NCBI GenBank assembly: GCA_031364525.1
Contig: JANLWM010000185.1
Coordinates: 1 to 25,727 of the forward strand
Direction: 5' to 3'
DNA: 25,727 bases
Source of the DNA: Chloroflexota bacterium
GTDB taxonomy: Bacteria; Chloroflexota; Limnocylindria; P2-11E
This document shows, in pieces, positions 16,841-24,963 of the stretch. The position numbers and the translations under genes are program-made. Every line of letters starts with the position of its first letter. Within the stretch, counting starts at the first letter, position 1. Under the pieces are notes generated by a model. The model was not told the DNA's origin. It saw only the letters and a program-made list of their open reading frames with translations, and searched no databases.

Positions 16841-17760
16841 GACTTCATTCTCGGGCCTCGAGCCGGGCCACGCTCGTCGACCGGCAGACCGGCACGATCG
16901 CCCGCCACGCGCACGAGCACCGTCGCCCACGTACGGAACGGCCTCCAGCTCGCGGCGATCCGCTCGAGCGAGGCCGCGTCGGCTGGCGCTCCGAGTCCGT
17001 AGAGCTGACCGACGTACGAGAGGAGCTTCGGTTCGTCCCGGGGAAGGAGATCGGCCAACCCCGTCGCCCGCACGAGCACCAGATCCGCGTAGAACGGACC
17101 GATCCCCGGCAGGGTCTCGAGCTCCGCTCGTGCGGCGGCCGGTACGAGGCCGGCCAGGTGGTCGGCGTCGAGCACGCCGTCGAGCGCGGCCCGGGCGACC
17201 GCATGCAGCCGAGTGAGCTTCGTGGGATCCAATCCGGCGAATGAACGCAGCCGCAGGATGGCTTCGGGCAAGGGGAATGCGGCGACCTCTTCACCGGCGA
17301 GCGTGAAGACCCTCCCGTGAGCGGCGGCGAGCTTCGTCCGTACCGACGCGGCGTACGCGCGCGGCTTGCGGGCGCTGATGATCGACCAGGCGGAGCCCTC
17401 ATACGGCGAATGGAACAACACCGGCCGCAGACCCGGATGCTCCTTCTGGAGACGCCCGATCACCGGATCGCGTGCGCCGACCGCGATCCAGTCACGACCC
17501 GGGTGATCGAGGGACAGGATGCGGCGGATCTGACGCTCGACGGTCGCGCGGTCGCCGCCGGCTTCCGCCTCGATCGCGATCGGCCCATTCGGCTCGGCCT
17601 GCCGCAGAACGACACCGGCGTGACCGGCATACCCGTCGAGCGTGAACGCGAGCCGCATCAGTCCGCCTTCGGGCTTCGGACGCCCGGTGTTCGGCCCGAA
17701 GCCGAAGCTCGCGGCCGCCGCGAGGGAGAACGGCCCGTCCGGCTCGATGGCGAAGTCCGT
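16837..17760 (-). CDS. AlkA-like DNA-3-methyladenine glycosylase (HhH-GPD)
   Basis: LETLPGIGPFYADLVLVR HhH motif, PRDE acidic residue and WRPFRTWA. The first ATG is at 17658, but the frame is open and coding-like up to ACG 17760. Confidence 0.85.
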   Translation of the reverse strand, partial: TDFAIEPDGPFSLAAAASFGFGPNTGRPKPEGGLMRLAFTLDGYAGHAGVVLRQAEPNGPIAIEAEAGGDRATVERQIRRILSLDHPGRDWIAVGARDPVIGRLQKEHPGLRPVLFHSPYEGSAWSIISARKPRAYAASVRTKLAAAHGRVFTLAGEEVAAFPLPEAILRLRSFAGLDPTKLTRLHAVARAALDGVLDADHLAGLVPAAARAELETLPGIGPFYADLVLVRATGLADLLPRDEPKLLSYVGQLYGLGAPADAASLERIAASWRPFRTWATVLVRVAGDRAGLPVDERGPARGPRMKS

Positions 17761-17764
17761 GCGG

Positions 17765-18862
17765 CTAGTCCTCGTCCGCTTCGAGCGATGCGAGGCGCTC
17801 GGCCTCGTCCTGCTGCATCAGCGCCTCGATGAGATCGTCGAGCTCTCCGTCCATCCGACGCGGCAGATTCGAGAGATTGTGCCCGAGCCGCTTATCGGTG
17901 AGCCGGTCCTGCGGGAAGTTGTACGTCCGCATCTTCTCCGCCCGCTCGCCGTGGCCGATCTGCGCGTTGCGTAGGGCGCCGGCTTCCGCATCGCGCTCGG
18001 CCTGCGCGCGCACGAGGAGCCGCGATCGAAGCACCGTCATCGCCTTCGCCCGGTTCTTCAGCTGGGACCGTTCGTCCTGCTGGATGACGACCTCGCCCGT
18101 CGGGATATGCGTGATGCGGACCGCCGAGTCCGTCGTGTTCACGCCCTGGCCGCCCTTGCCGCCGGCGCGATACACGTCGATCTTCAGGTCACCCTCGTCG
18201 ATGTGCTGGTCGATCTCCTCCGCCTCGGGGAGCACGGCGACCGTCGCGGTCGAGGTGTGGATCCGCCCCTGGGCCTCGGTCGCCGGCACGCGCTGCACCC
18301 GATGGACGCCGGACTCGAACTTCAGGCGGCTGTAGGCGCCTTGCCCGGCGATGCGGAAGATGACCTCCTTGTAGCCGCCCTTTTCCGACCGGGAGGCAGA
18401 CATCTCCTCCGTCTTCCAGCGGTGCCGCTCCCCGTAGCGGAGATACATCGCGTAGAGGTCGGCCGCGAACAGGGCGGCCTCCTCGCCGCCCTCCCCGGCA
18501 CGGATCTCGACGATGACGTTCTTGTCATCGAGCGGATCGCGCGGGACGAGCTGGGTCCGCAGCTTCTCGGTGAGCCGCTCGACCTCTATCGCGGTCGTCC
18601 CCTCTTCCTCGCGCGCGAGATCGCGGAGATCGCCGTCGTCGCTCTGCTGCAGCTCGCGCGCGTCGGCAAGCCGCTTCTCGGCAGTGTTCAACGCCCGGAT
18701 CGTCGCGACGATCTGCTCGAGCGCCGCGTACTCCTGGCCCACCGAGCGAAGCCGGTTCTGGTCCGAGGTGACGCTCGGGTCACTCATCGCGTGGCCAAGC
18801 TCGTCATGCCGCGACTCGATCTGGACGAGGCGGCGGCGCATCTTCTCAGAGAGCTCGGTCAT
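17765..18862 (-). CDS. prfA: Peptide chain release factor 1
   Basis: GGQ motif, RF1-specific PxT motif (RVPATE), ESGVHRVQRVP and RTYNFPQDR. Confidence 0.98.
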   Translation of the reverse strand: MTELSEKMRRRLVQIESRHDELGHAMSDPSVTSDQNRLRSVGQEYAALEQIVATIRALNTAEKRLADARELQQSDDGDLRDLAREEEGTTAIEVERLTEKLRTQLVPRDPLDDKNVIVEIRAGEGGEEAALFAADLYAMYLRYGERHRWKTEEMSASRSEKGGYKEVIFRIAGQGAYSRLKFESGVHRVQRVPATEAQGRIHTSTATVAVLPEAEEIDQHIDEGDLKIDVYRAGGKGGQGVNTTDSAVRITHIPTGEVVIQQDERSQLKNRAKAMTVLRSRLLVRAQAERDAEAGALRNAQIGHGERAEKMRTYNFPQDRLTDKRLGHNLSNLPRRMDGELDDLIEALMQQDEAERLASLEADED

Positions 18863-19737
18863 ACCGCAGCGTCCCCGGCCAGCGCCTCTTCGAGCGACGC
18901 GATGGCGACCTCGATCATCGGACCGTCCGGCCTGCGGGTCGTGATGGCCTGGAGCAGGAGACCGGGGGTGACCGCGAGGCGCATCAGCGCATTGTCCTCG
19001 TGGCCCGCGCCGAGCCGTAGGACCTCATACGCGATGGACGCGACCGGGATGACGAGCGCGAGGCGCACCACGAGATCGACGATCAGGTTCACGCGGGGCA
19101 CGAACGCGAAGACCACGATCGCGATGACCACGACGAAGAGCAGGAACGCCGTTCCGCAACGTGGATGCGCGGTCGGGTACGGCTCGACATGGGTCTGGTC
19201 CAGCGGGTCGCCGTGCTCGAAGGCGTGGATGGTCATGTGCTCGGCACCGTGATACGCGAAGACGCGGCGGATGTCGGGTAGGAGCGAGATCGCGGCAAGA
19301 TAGCCGAGCAGGAGCACGAGCCGCAGCAGGCCCTCGGCGACGTTCAGCACGAGGGTCGACGGAACAGCGGATCGGAGCAGGCCGGTGAGGACGTACGGCA
19401 CGCCGACGAAAAGCGTGAGCGCAACGAAGAGCCCGAGGCCCATCGCGAGCGAGCTAGACCCGCCCGTCGTCTGCTGGTCGGCGCCGAGCTGCACGTCCGC
19501 TGATCGCATGAGCATGCGCATCCCATACCGAAGCGACTCCCAGAGGATGAAGATGCCGCGCACGAACGGCGCGCGCGCAACGCGCGAGCGCGTCAGCGGA
19601 GAGTCGAGGAGCTCACGGTACCGGTAGATGCTGCCATCCGGCTTCCGGCAGGCCAGTCCGATCGTGCGCTTCCCGCGGATCATCACGCCCTCGATGACGG
19701 CCTGGCCGCCATACGCCGTCGGTCTCGCGGCGCTCAC
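18859..19737 (-). CDS. DUF1385 family membrane protein (putative metal-dependent)
   Basis: [34 protein letters not shown] and TTRRPD motifs. GTGA overlap with tdk. Confidence 0.9.
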   Translation of the reverse strand: MSAARPTAYGGQAVIEGVMIRGKRTIGLACRKPDGSIYRYRELLDSPLTRSRVARAPFVRGIFILWESLRYGMRMLMRSADVQLGADQQTTGGSSSLAMGLGLFVALTLFVGVPYVLTGLLRSAVPSTLVLNVAEGLLRLVLLLGYLAAISLLPDIRRVFAYHGAEHMTIHAFEHGDPLDQTHVEPYPTAHPRCGTAFLLFVVVIAIVVFAFVPRVNLIVDLVVRLALVIPVASIAYEVLRLGAGHEDNALMRLAVTPGLLLQAITTRRPDGPMIEVAIASLEEALAGDAAV

Positions 19738-20330
19738 GCCGTCACGGTCGATCGACGCGGCACCGTATGGCACGTGCGGCAGCGGGCCTCATAGGCCTCC
19801 TGCGCGCCGACGACGATGATCGGGTCCTCGTAGTAGGCGGGCACGCCATCGACGATGCGCTGTGTCCGGGTAGCGGACTCGCCGCAGACCACGCAGATCG
19901 CCTCGAGCTTGTCGACGCGCTCGGCCAGCGCGAGCAGCAGGGGTACCGGCCCGAATGGCTCGCCGCGGAAATCGAGATCGAGGCCGGCGCAGATCACCCG
20001 CCGGCCGCCGTCGACCAGGTCGCGCACCACGCCGACGATCCCCGGGTCGAAGAACTGGACCTCGTCGATCCCGACGACGCTCGTCTCGGGCGCGAGGAGC
20101 GGACCGATCTCGGCACTCGACCGGACCGGCCGAGCGACGAACGAGTCGCCGTCGTGCGAGCGAACGAGGTCCGCACCGTACCGGTCATCGATGGACGGCT
20201 TGAAGACCTGGACGCTACGGCGCGCGATGACCGCGCGCTTCACGCGCCGGATGAGCTCTTCGCTCTTTCCGCTGAACATGCTCCCGACGACGACCTCCAG
20301 GACCCCCGTTGCGTGGTGTCCTCCGGTCAC
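19734..20330 (-). CDS. tdk: Thymidine kinase
   Basis: [32 protein letters not shown] and the Zn motifs CVVC/CRTC. Confidence 0.97.
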   Translation of the reverse strand: MTGGHHATGVLEVVVGSMFSGKSEELIRRVKRAVIARRSVQVFKPSIDDRYGADLVRSHDGDSFVARPVRSSAEIGPLLAPETSVVGIDEVQFFDPGIVGVVRDLVDGGRRVICAGLDLDFRGEPFGPVPLLLALAERVDKLEAICVVCGESATRTQRIVDGVPAYYEDPIIVVGAQEAYEARCRTCHTVPRRSTVTA

Positions 20331-20337
20331 GCGGGCG

Positions 20338-20577
20338 CTAACTCGTTGGTGCGGCCTCGGATTCGGCCGGCTGCTCCGCGTTCTTGCCGTATCGCTTGTT
20401 GAAGCGTTCGACGCGGCCCTGGATGTCCATGAGGTGCTGCTTGCCGGTGAAGAACGGGTGGCACTTCGCGCAGACCTCGACGTGCAGCTCCGACTTCATG
20501 CTCACGGTCTTGAACTGGTTGCCGCAGGCGCACGTGACCGTGGCCTCGACATACTGGGGATGGATCTTCGCTTTCAT
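20338..20577 (-). CDS. rpmE: 50S ribosomal protein L31 (Zn-binding type)
   Basis: MKAKIHP, CAC...[10 protein letters not shown] and [10 protein letters not shown]. Confidence 0.97.
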   Translation of the reverse strand: MKAKIHPQYVEATVTCACGNQFKTVSMKSELHVEVCAKCHPFFTGKQHLMDIQGRVERFNKRYGKNAEQPAESEAAPTS

Positions 20578-20589
20578 CGCTGGGTCTCC

Positions 20590-20850
20590 TTAGCTCGCTC
20601 GCGGGAGTACGTTCACCTTGCGGCGATCGTCACGCGCGGGGCTGTATGTGACGGTGCCCGCGACGAGCGCGAACAGCGTGTGATCTTTGCCGACACCGAC
20701 GTTCTCGCCGGGCTTGAGCTTCGTACCGCGCTGGCGAACGAGGACCGCGCCGGCGTCGACGATGCTCCCGGCATATTCCTTCACGCCGAGCCGCTGCCCG
20801 GCTGAGTCGCGGCCGTTGCGGGTCGAGCCCGCGCCTTTTTTGTGTGCCAT
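20590..20850 (-). CDS. rpmA: 50S ribosomal protein L27
   Basis: [16 protein letters not shown]...RQRGT, with no N-terminal extension. Confidence 0.98.
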   Translation of the reverse strand: MAHKKGAGSTRNGRDSAGQRLGVKEYAGSIVDAGAVLVRQRGTKLKPGENVGVGKDHTLFALVAGTVTYSPARDDRRKVNVLPRAS

Positions 20851-20853
20851 CTC

Positions 20854-21153
20854 TTATGCCTCGATCTTCGTGATTCGAACGGTCGTCGTCTTCGAGCGGT
20901 GGCCGGTCTTCTTCCGGGACCGGGTCTTGTTCTTGTAACGGAAGATCGTCAGCTTCTCGGTCTTGCCGTGGCCGACGATCTCGCCGGTCACGGTCGCCTT
21001 GCCGGCGGCCTTGACGGCGTCACCGTCCGCGACGAGCAGGACCTCGCCGAAGGTCACCGTCTTACCGGGCTCGCCCTCGAGGCTTGCCACGGTCAGGAGA
21101 AGGCCTTCTTCGACCCGATATTGCTTACCGCCGCTGCGGACGACTGCGTACAA
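20854..21153 (-). CDS. rplU: 50S ribosomal protein L21
   Basis: YAVVRSGGKQYRV...KKTGHR. TTG 21153 gives the usual MYA start; ATG 21165 is an alternative. Confidence 0.96.
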   Translation of the reverse strand: MYAVVRSGGKQYRVEEGLLLTVASLEGEPGKTVTFGEVLLVADGDAVKAAGKATVTGEIVGHGKTEKLTIFRYKNKTRSRKKTGHRSKTTTVRITKIEA

Positions 21154-21207
21154 GGAGTGGACCATCCGTTAAGGAAATCGACGTGCCGCCCGGCACGACG
21201 TAGCCAA

Positions 21208-21213
21208 AGTATA
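21208..21213 (-). promoter_or_regulatory. -10 element (TATACT) of the rplU operon
   Basis: Near-consensus sigma70 -10 element in the gap upstream of rplU, followed by a GC-rich hairpin at 21179-21200. Confidence 0.65.
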
Positions 21214-21227
21214 CCGGATGGGCCCTC

Positions 21228-22451
21228 TTACACGGCTGATGCCGCCATCTGGATACCGCGGCGGGCGGCGCCGAGGCGCCTCTGGAGGGTCGCGATGCCA
21301 AGGAGCGCCGAGAGGCCCATGAGCGACGCGGTGTACGCGACCGGATGCTGGAACGGACCGGCGGCGTAGCCGGAGCCGACCGTCAGGAGCACCGCGATGA
21401 ACGAGGCCGCGCCGATGTTGAGGCCCCAGAAGATCACGTCGTCGGCCCACGGCCAGACGCGGGCCGCTCCCGTCGACGACGTCGCAAGGAGGATCACCCC
21501 AAAGAGCGAGTTGGTCATCACGCCGATGAAGAAGGAGTGATCGAGGGCGTGATTCAGCCCGGCCGAGACCTTCGTGAAGTCACCCTGGGCCTGGATGATG
21601 GAGGCAAGGAACCAGATCTCGAGGATCAGCCCGAGCACCAGGAACGGGACCGAGATCGCGATGTGCCGGATGCCCGTGGCCGCACCCCACGGGGTGCGCA
21701 ATGCCTTCATGCCGAAGCGGGCGGCGATGATGACGATGCCGATGACCTGGAACAAGGTGGCGATGCCCTCGAGCGGCTGGATGTTCATCCCGACGCCCAT
21801 CGCGAGCAGCAAGCCACCGAGGAACAGGATCCAAGCCTGCGCGAGCCCGGCGCGGCTGCGGCCACCGGGACCGGAGAGCCGCCACTCGGCGATGCCGGCC
21901 GAGACCAGGACGAGGTAGCCGCCGACCTGTGCCGACGCGTGGGTGCCGATGAGCTCCGGCGCGGTCGGGAGCGCGAGCCCGAGCGCCAGGAACAGCTGGA
22001 TGGTCACGCCGACGATCGCGCCGATCGTGAGGATGGTGAGACCGAGCACGAGCGAGAGCTTTGGGACGTCGATGCGCCCGAATCCCTCGCGCATCGCCTG
22101 ACTCCCCGCCCACCACCACCAGTACAGGATGACAAGGAGCTCGAGCGTGCCGAAGAACGCGCGCGCGGGGAAATTGCCCGACCAGAAGGCGAGCACGTAG
22201 AGCGCGGTCGCAAGGCCCGAGAGCCCGACGTTCCGGGAGAGCGCTCCGCCGGTCCCCGCGAACATCCAGATGGTCACGCCGATGACACCCATGGTGATCC
22301 AGCCGAGCGTGCCGGAATGGAGGTGCGTGAGCAGCGTGTCCCTCGACAGCGCACCGAAGATGCGCGTCGCATTCGCAAGGCCGAGAAGCGCCGTGAGCGC
22401 GAAGATCCCGAGTCCGAACTGGAACGCCCGGTAAACAGCTTTATCCGCCAT
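21228..22451 (-). CDS. About 12-TM membrane protein with a heme-copper oxidase subunit-I-like His motif
   Basis: Highly hydrophobic 407 aa. HLHSGTLGWITMGVIG resembles CcoN helix X. Further His residues at 171, 301 and 305. Confidence 0.6.
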   Translation of the reverse strand: MADKAVYRAFQFGLGIFALTALLGLANATRIFGALSRDTLLTHLHSGTLGWITMGVIGVTIWMFAGTGGALSRNVGLSGLATALYVLAFWSGNFPARAFFGTLELLVILYWWWWAGSQAMREGFGRIDVPKLSLVLGLTILTIGAIVGVTIQLFLALGLALPTAPELIGTHASAQVGGYLVLVSAGIAEWRLSGPGGRSRAGLAQAWILFLGGLLLAMGVGMNIQPLEGIATLFQVIGIVIIAARFGMKALRTPWGAATGIRHIAISVPFLVLGLILEIWFLASIIQAQGDFTKVSAGLNHALDHSFFIGVMTNSLFGVILLATSSTGAARVWPWADDVIFWGLNIGAASFIAVLLTVGSGYAAGPFQHPVAYTASLMGLSALLGIATLQRRLGAARRGIQMAASAV

Positions 22452-22480
22452 GCCTTCCCTCCACGGGCGGCAGTCTGCCG

Positions 22481-23122
22481 CTAGCGGGCGCGCGAGTCCA
22501 GCGCCACCACCTGGATGTTCTCGGGCAAGGAGCTGCGGGAGAGGGACAGCTTGGCGACCGGCGTGATGTCCTTGACACCCAGCTCGTGCAGCAGCCGCTC
22601 GAATGGGCTGTCCTTCTTCGCGGTGTCCGGGTCGTACGACATGGGGACGACGACCTTGGGCTCGAGCTGGTGGATGACCTCCGCAGCGATGGCCGCTGTC
22701 AGATCGGCGTCGGCCCCGCCGATCGGGACGAGCACGACGTCGATGTCGCCGAGCTTCTCGAGGTCGGCCGTCGGAAGGACGTGGCCCAGGCCGCCCAGGT
22801 GACAGATGACGAGGTCGTCCAGGCGGATCGTGTAGATCGTGTTCCTCCCGCGCCGGGCGCCCTTTTCGTCGTCGCGGTAGGTCCCGAGGCCGGTCACCAG
22901 GATCTCGCGGACCTCGTACTCGCCTGGCCCCCGGAGCACGACCGGCTCTCCTCCGACCGACTTCAGGCTGTTGTGGCGCGGATCGTCATTGGAGATAGTC
23001 ACAAGATCGGCGGCCGTCTTCGGTATGGCGGCGCCGGACCGGGGATCGGGTGGATCGGTGAGCACGACGCCCTCTCGGCCACGCAGCCGGAAGCACGCGT
23101 GACCCAGCCAGGTCAAGTCCAT
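22481..23122 (-). CDS. MBL-fold protein (lactamase_B_3/UlaG-like) with degenerate metal site
   Basis: MDLTWLGHACFRL..VLTDP, GPGEYE, DVVLVPIGG and EPKVVVPM fit the family, but the metal ligands are substituted. Confidence 0.85.
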   Translation of the reverse strand: MDLTWLGHACFRLRGREGVVLTDPPDPRSGAAIPKTAADLVTISNDDPRHNSLKSVGGEPVVLRGPGEYEVREILVTGLGTYRDDEKGARRGRNTIYTIRLDDLVICHLGGLGHVLPTADLEKLGDIDVVLVPIGGADADLTAAIAAEVIHQLEPKVVVPMSYDPDTAKKDSPFERLLHELGVKDITPVAKLSLSRSSLPENIQVVALDSRAR

Positions 23123-23142
23123 GGAGAGGTTGAGAATACGCC

Positions 23143-23168
23143 GAAACACGGCGGCAGCGGTCCGGGTA
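23143..23168 (+). promoter_or_regulatory. Candidate ECF promoter GAAAC-N17-GGTA
   Basis: GAAAC at 23143-23147 and GGTA at 23165-23168, immediately upstream of the sigma gene. Confidence 0.35.
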
Positions 23169-23761
23169 TGCCAGATGACCGCGAGATGCTGCCGGCCGGG
23201 AGGGCCGCGCTGACTCGGACGGACCAGGAGATCGTGCGGCGCTGTCTCTCAGGGGACGCCGACGCCTACGCCGACCTGGTCGAACGCTACGGAGGACGGG
23301 TGTACAACGTCGCCCTGCGGATCACGCACGATCCGGATGCCGCGCACGATTGCGCGCAAGACGCGTTCATCCGTGCGTATCGCGCACTGCATCAGTACGA
23401 CCCGGCGTACCCGTTCGGGCCGTGGATGTTCCGGATCACCACCAACGCGAGCCTCAACTTCATCCAGCGGGGCCGCGGCCGCGAGATCACGGTCGAGGAG
23501 CTTCCAGAGGATCCCGAGCCGCTTGAGGCGGGACCCGAGCTCTCGGCGGTCCGCAAAGAGGATCTCGATGAGGTGCTCGCCGCGATGGCCGAGCTTCCGC
23601 CGGCGTACCGGGCGGCACTGACGCTCCGCCACATGCAAGAGCTTTCCTATCAAGAGGTCGCCGACACGCTCGGGATCCCGCTCGGCACCGTGAAGACGCA
23701 CCTGCATCGCGCTCGCGCAGCGCTCAGGTCGAAGCTCGAAGCCCGAAGGGAGAGGCACTGA
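23168..23761 (+). CDS. ECF RNA polymerase sigma-70 factor (SigW/SigE-like)
   Basis: DCAQDAFIRAYRAL..YD..YPFGPWMFRITTN (region 2) and LSYQEVADTLGIPLGTVKTHLHRAR (region 4). Start is 23168 or 23186. Confidence 0.95.
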   Translation: MPDDREMLPAGRAALTRTDQEIVRRCLSGDADAYADLVERYGGRVYNVALRITHDPDAAHDCAQDAFIRAYRALHQYDPAYPFGPWMFRITTNASLNFIQRGRGREITVEELPEDPEPLEAGPELSAVRKEDLDEVLAAMAELPPAYRAALTLRHMQELSYQEVADTLGIPLGTVKTHLHRARAALRSKLEARRERH

Positions 23762-24150
23762 TGGACGATCTCGATCGCGAGGAGCTCGACATCCACCGGC
23801 TGTTGAGCGCGGTGAAGCCGGAGCCACTGCCGCTTGGCTTCCGCGACGGGGTCATGCAGCGGGTGCGCGGCACCGGCGCGCCCGCCGTCTGGGAATGGCT
23901 GATCGCCGCCGCGTTCGCCCTCCCCGGCATGGCGTACCTCACCTGGCGTCTCGCGCTGAACGGAGGCGAGGTCGTCACGTCGCTGAACGCGATCCTCACC
24001 GCCGCGGCGGGGGTCGACCTGACCGGTAGCACCGATATCGCCATCGACGGGCTCGCCGTGATGTCATTCGCCCTCGTCGGGGTCGCGAGCGTGCTCGCAG
24101 CGCACGCGATGCTGCGCGGCTCGGCGAGTCACGGGATGATCGCCCGGTGA
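23761..24150 (+). CDS. Putative membrane anti-sigma factor
   Basis: TGATG coupling to the sigma gene. Short cytoplasmic PEPLPLGFRDGVMQRV segment followed by 2 TM helices; no HxxxCxxC motif. Confidence 0.65.
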   Translation: MDDLDREELDIHRLLSAVKPEPLPLGFRDGVMQRVRGTGAPAVWEWLIAAAFALPGMAYLTWRLALNGGEVVTSLNAILTAAAGVDLTGSTDIAIDGLAVMSFALVGVASVLAAHAMLRGSASHGMIAR

Positions 24151-24929
24151 CCGGCCGCGATCCGATCGTGGCTCTGGGCGCGCTGGTCGTCGCGGTCGGC
24201 ATCGCCGCGATCCTGTTGGTCGGCTCGCTGTCCGCCGCTGGACCCGACGGCGCCCGCGAGCGTTTCTTCTTCGTGAACTTTGCCGCCCGGCCCGTCCCGA
24301 TCGGGCGGCCCGCGAACCTCGAGGGGAACGGTGTGCCGGTGCCGCTCCGTGCGGTCGTGCCGTTCCAACGCGGCGTGTCCGACCTGGCACGGGACGCGGC
24401 CGGGTACCTGCTCGTCATCATCGGCGTCGCGGCCGTCCTGGTCCTGGGCCGCGACCAGGTGCTCGGCGTATATCGGGCGTCCCGAGGTGGGTGGCGGGCG
24501 CAGCTGCGTGTCGTCGGCACCGGCGTCGCCGTGCTGCTGGTCTTCGCGTCGGCCTCGTTCCTCGGTGGAGTCGCATTGCTGGGAACGATCACGACAGGTT
24601 TCCGCGGGACACCAGCCGGGATCCAGCTGGGCCTCCAGGTCGGACTCATGACCATGGCGGTCTTCGCCGCCGGATTCCTGCTCATCGCCCTGGTCGGATT
24701 TGCCGCAGCGTCCTGGCGACTGGGTGACATCATCTTCGGTGCGGGTCCGTTGCGGCGGTGGGTCGGCACGATCCCGGGGGCGCTCGTCGCACTGCTCGGA
24801 GCGACGATCCTCTATGTGCTCATGCAGCTGCCGGCGATCGGTGGGGTCGTCGGATTCGCGGTCCTTGCGTACGCGCTCGGCGCGGTCGTCGTCGCCCGGC
24901 TCGGTCAGAGCCCCGCGGCCGCGGCATAG
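24147..24929 (+). CDS. Multi-pass membrane protein of the ECF locus
   Basis: GTGA coupling and about 6 hydrophobic segments. The C-terminus (LLYVLMQLPAIGGVVGFAVLAYALGAVV-type) resembles ECF-associated membrane proteins. Confidence 0.65.
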   Translation: MTGRDPIVALGALVVAVGIAAILLVGSLSAAGPDGARERFFFVNFAARPVPIGRPANLEGNGVPVPLRAVVPFQRGVSDLARDAAGYLLVIIGVAAVLVLGRDQVLGVYRASRGGWRAQLRVVGTGVAVLLVFASASFLGGVALLGTITTGFRGTPAGIQLGLQVGLMTMAVFAAGFLLIALVGFAAASWRLGDIIFGAGPLRRWVGTIPGALVALLGATILYVLMQLPAIGGVVGFAVLAYALGAVVVARLGQSPAAAA

Positions 24930-24963
24930 GGGGAAGGCTCGCGTGAAGAAGGGAAGAGGGACC

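Noticed and set aside
17761-17770. prfB-like autoregulatory +1 frameshift at the prfA UAG into alkA
   Set aside because: alkA is in the +1 frame, but GAC-UAG offers no re-pairing for tRNA-Asp. TAG is also the commonest stop among the genes called here.
18107-19252. 381-aa plus-strand ORF
   Set aside because: Antisense to prfA and DUF1385.
20850-20854. Missing prp/ysxB protease between rplU and rpmA
   Set aside because: Expected, because L27 here starts at MAHKK with no cleavable extension.
22465-22483. GCGGCA-GTC-TGCCGC hairpin as a terminator
   Set aside because: No U-tract on either strand, and it sits between co-directional genes next to a Shine-Dalgarno sequence.
22586-23167. Apparent N-terminal extension of the ECF sigma factor (391-aa ORF)
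   Set aside because: Overlaps the MBL-fold gene on the opposite strand. Sigma homology begins near 23168-23186.
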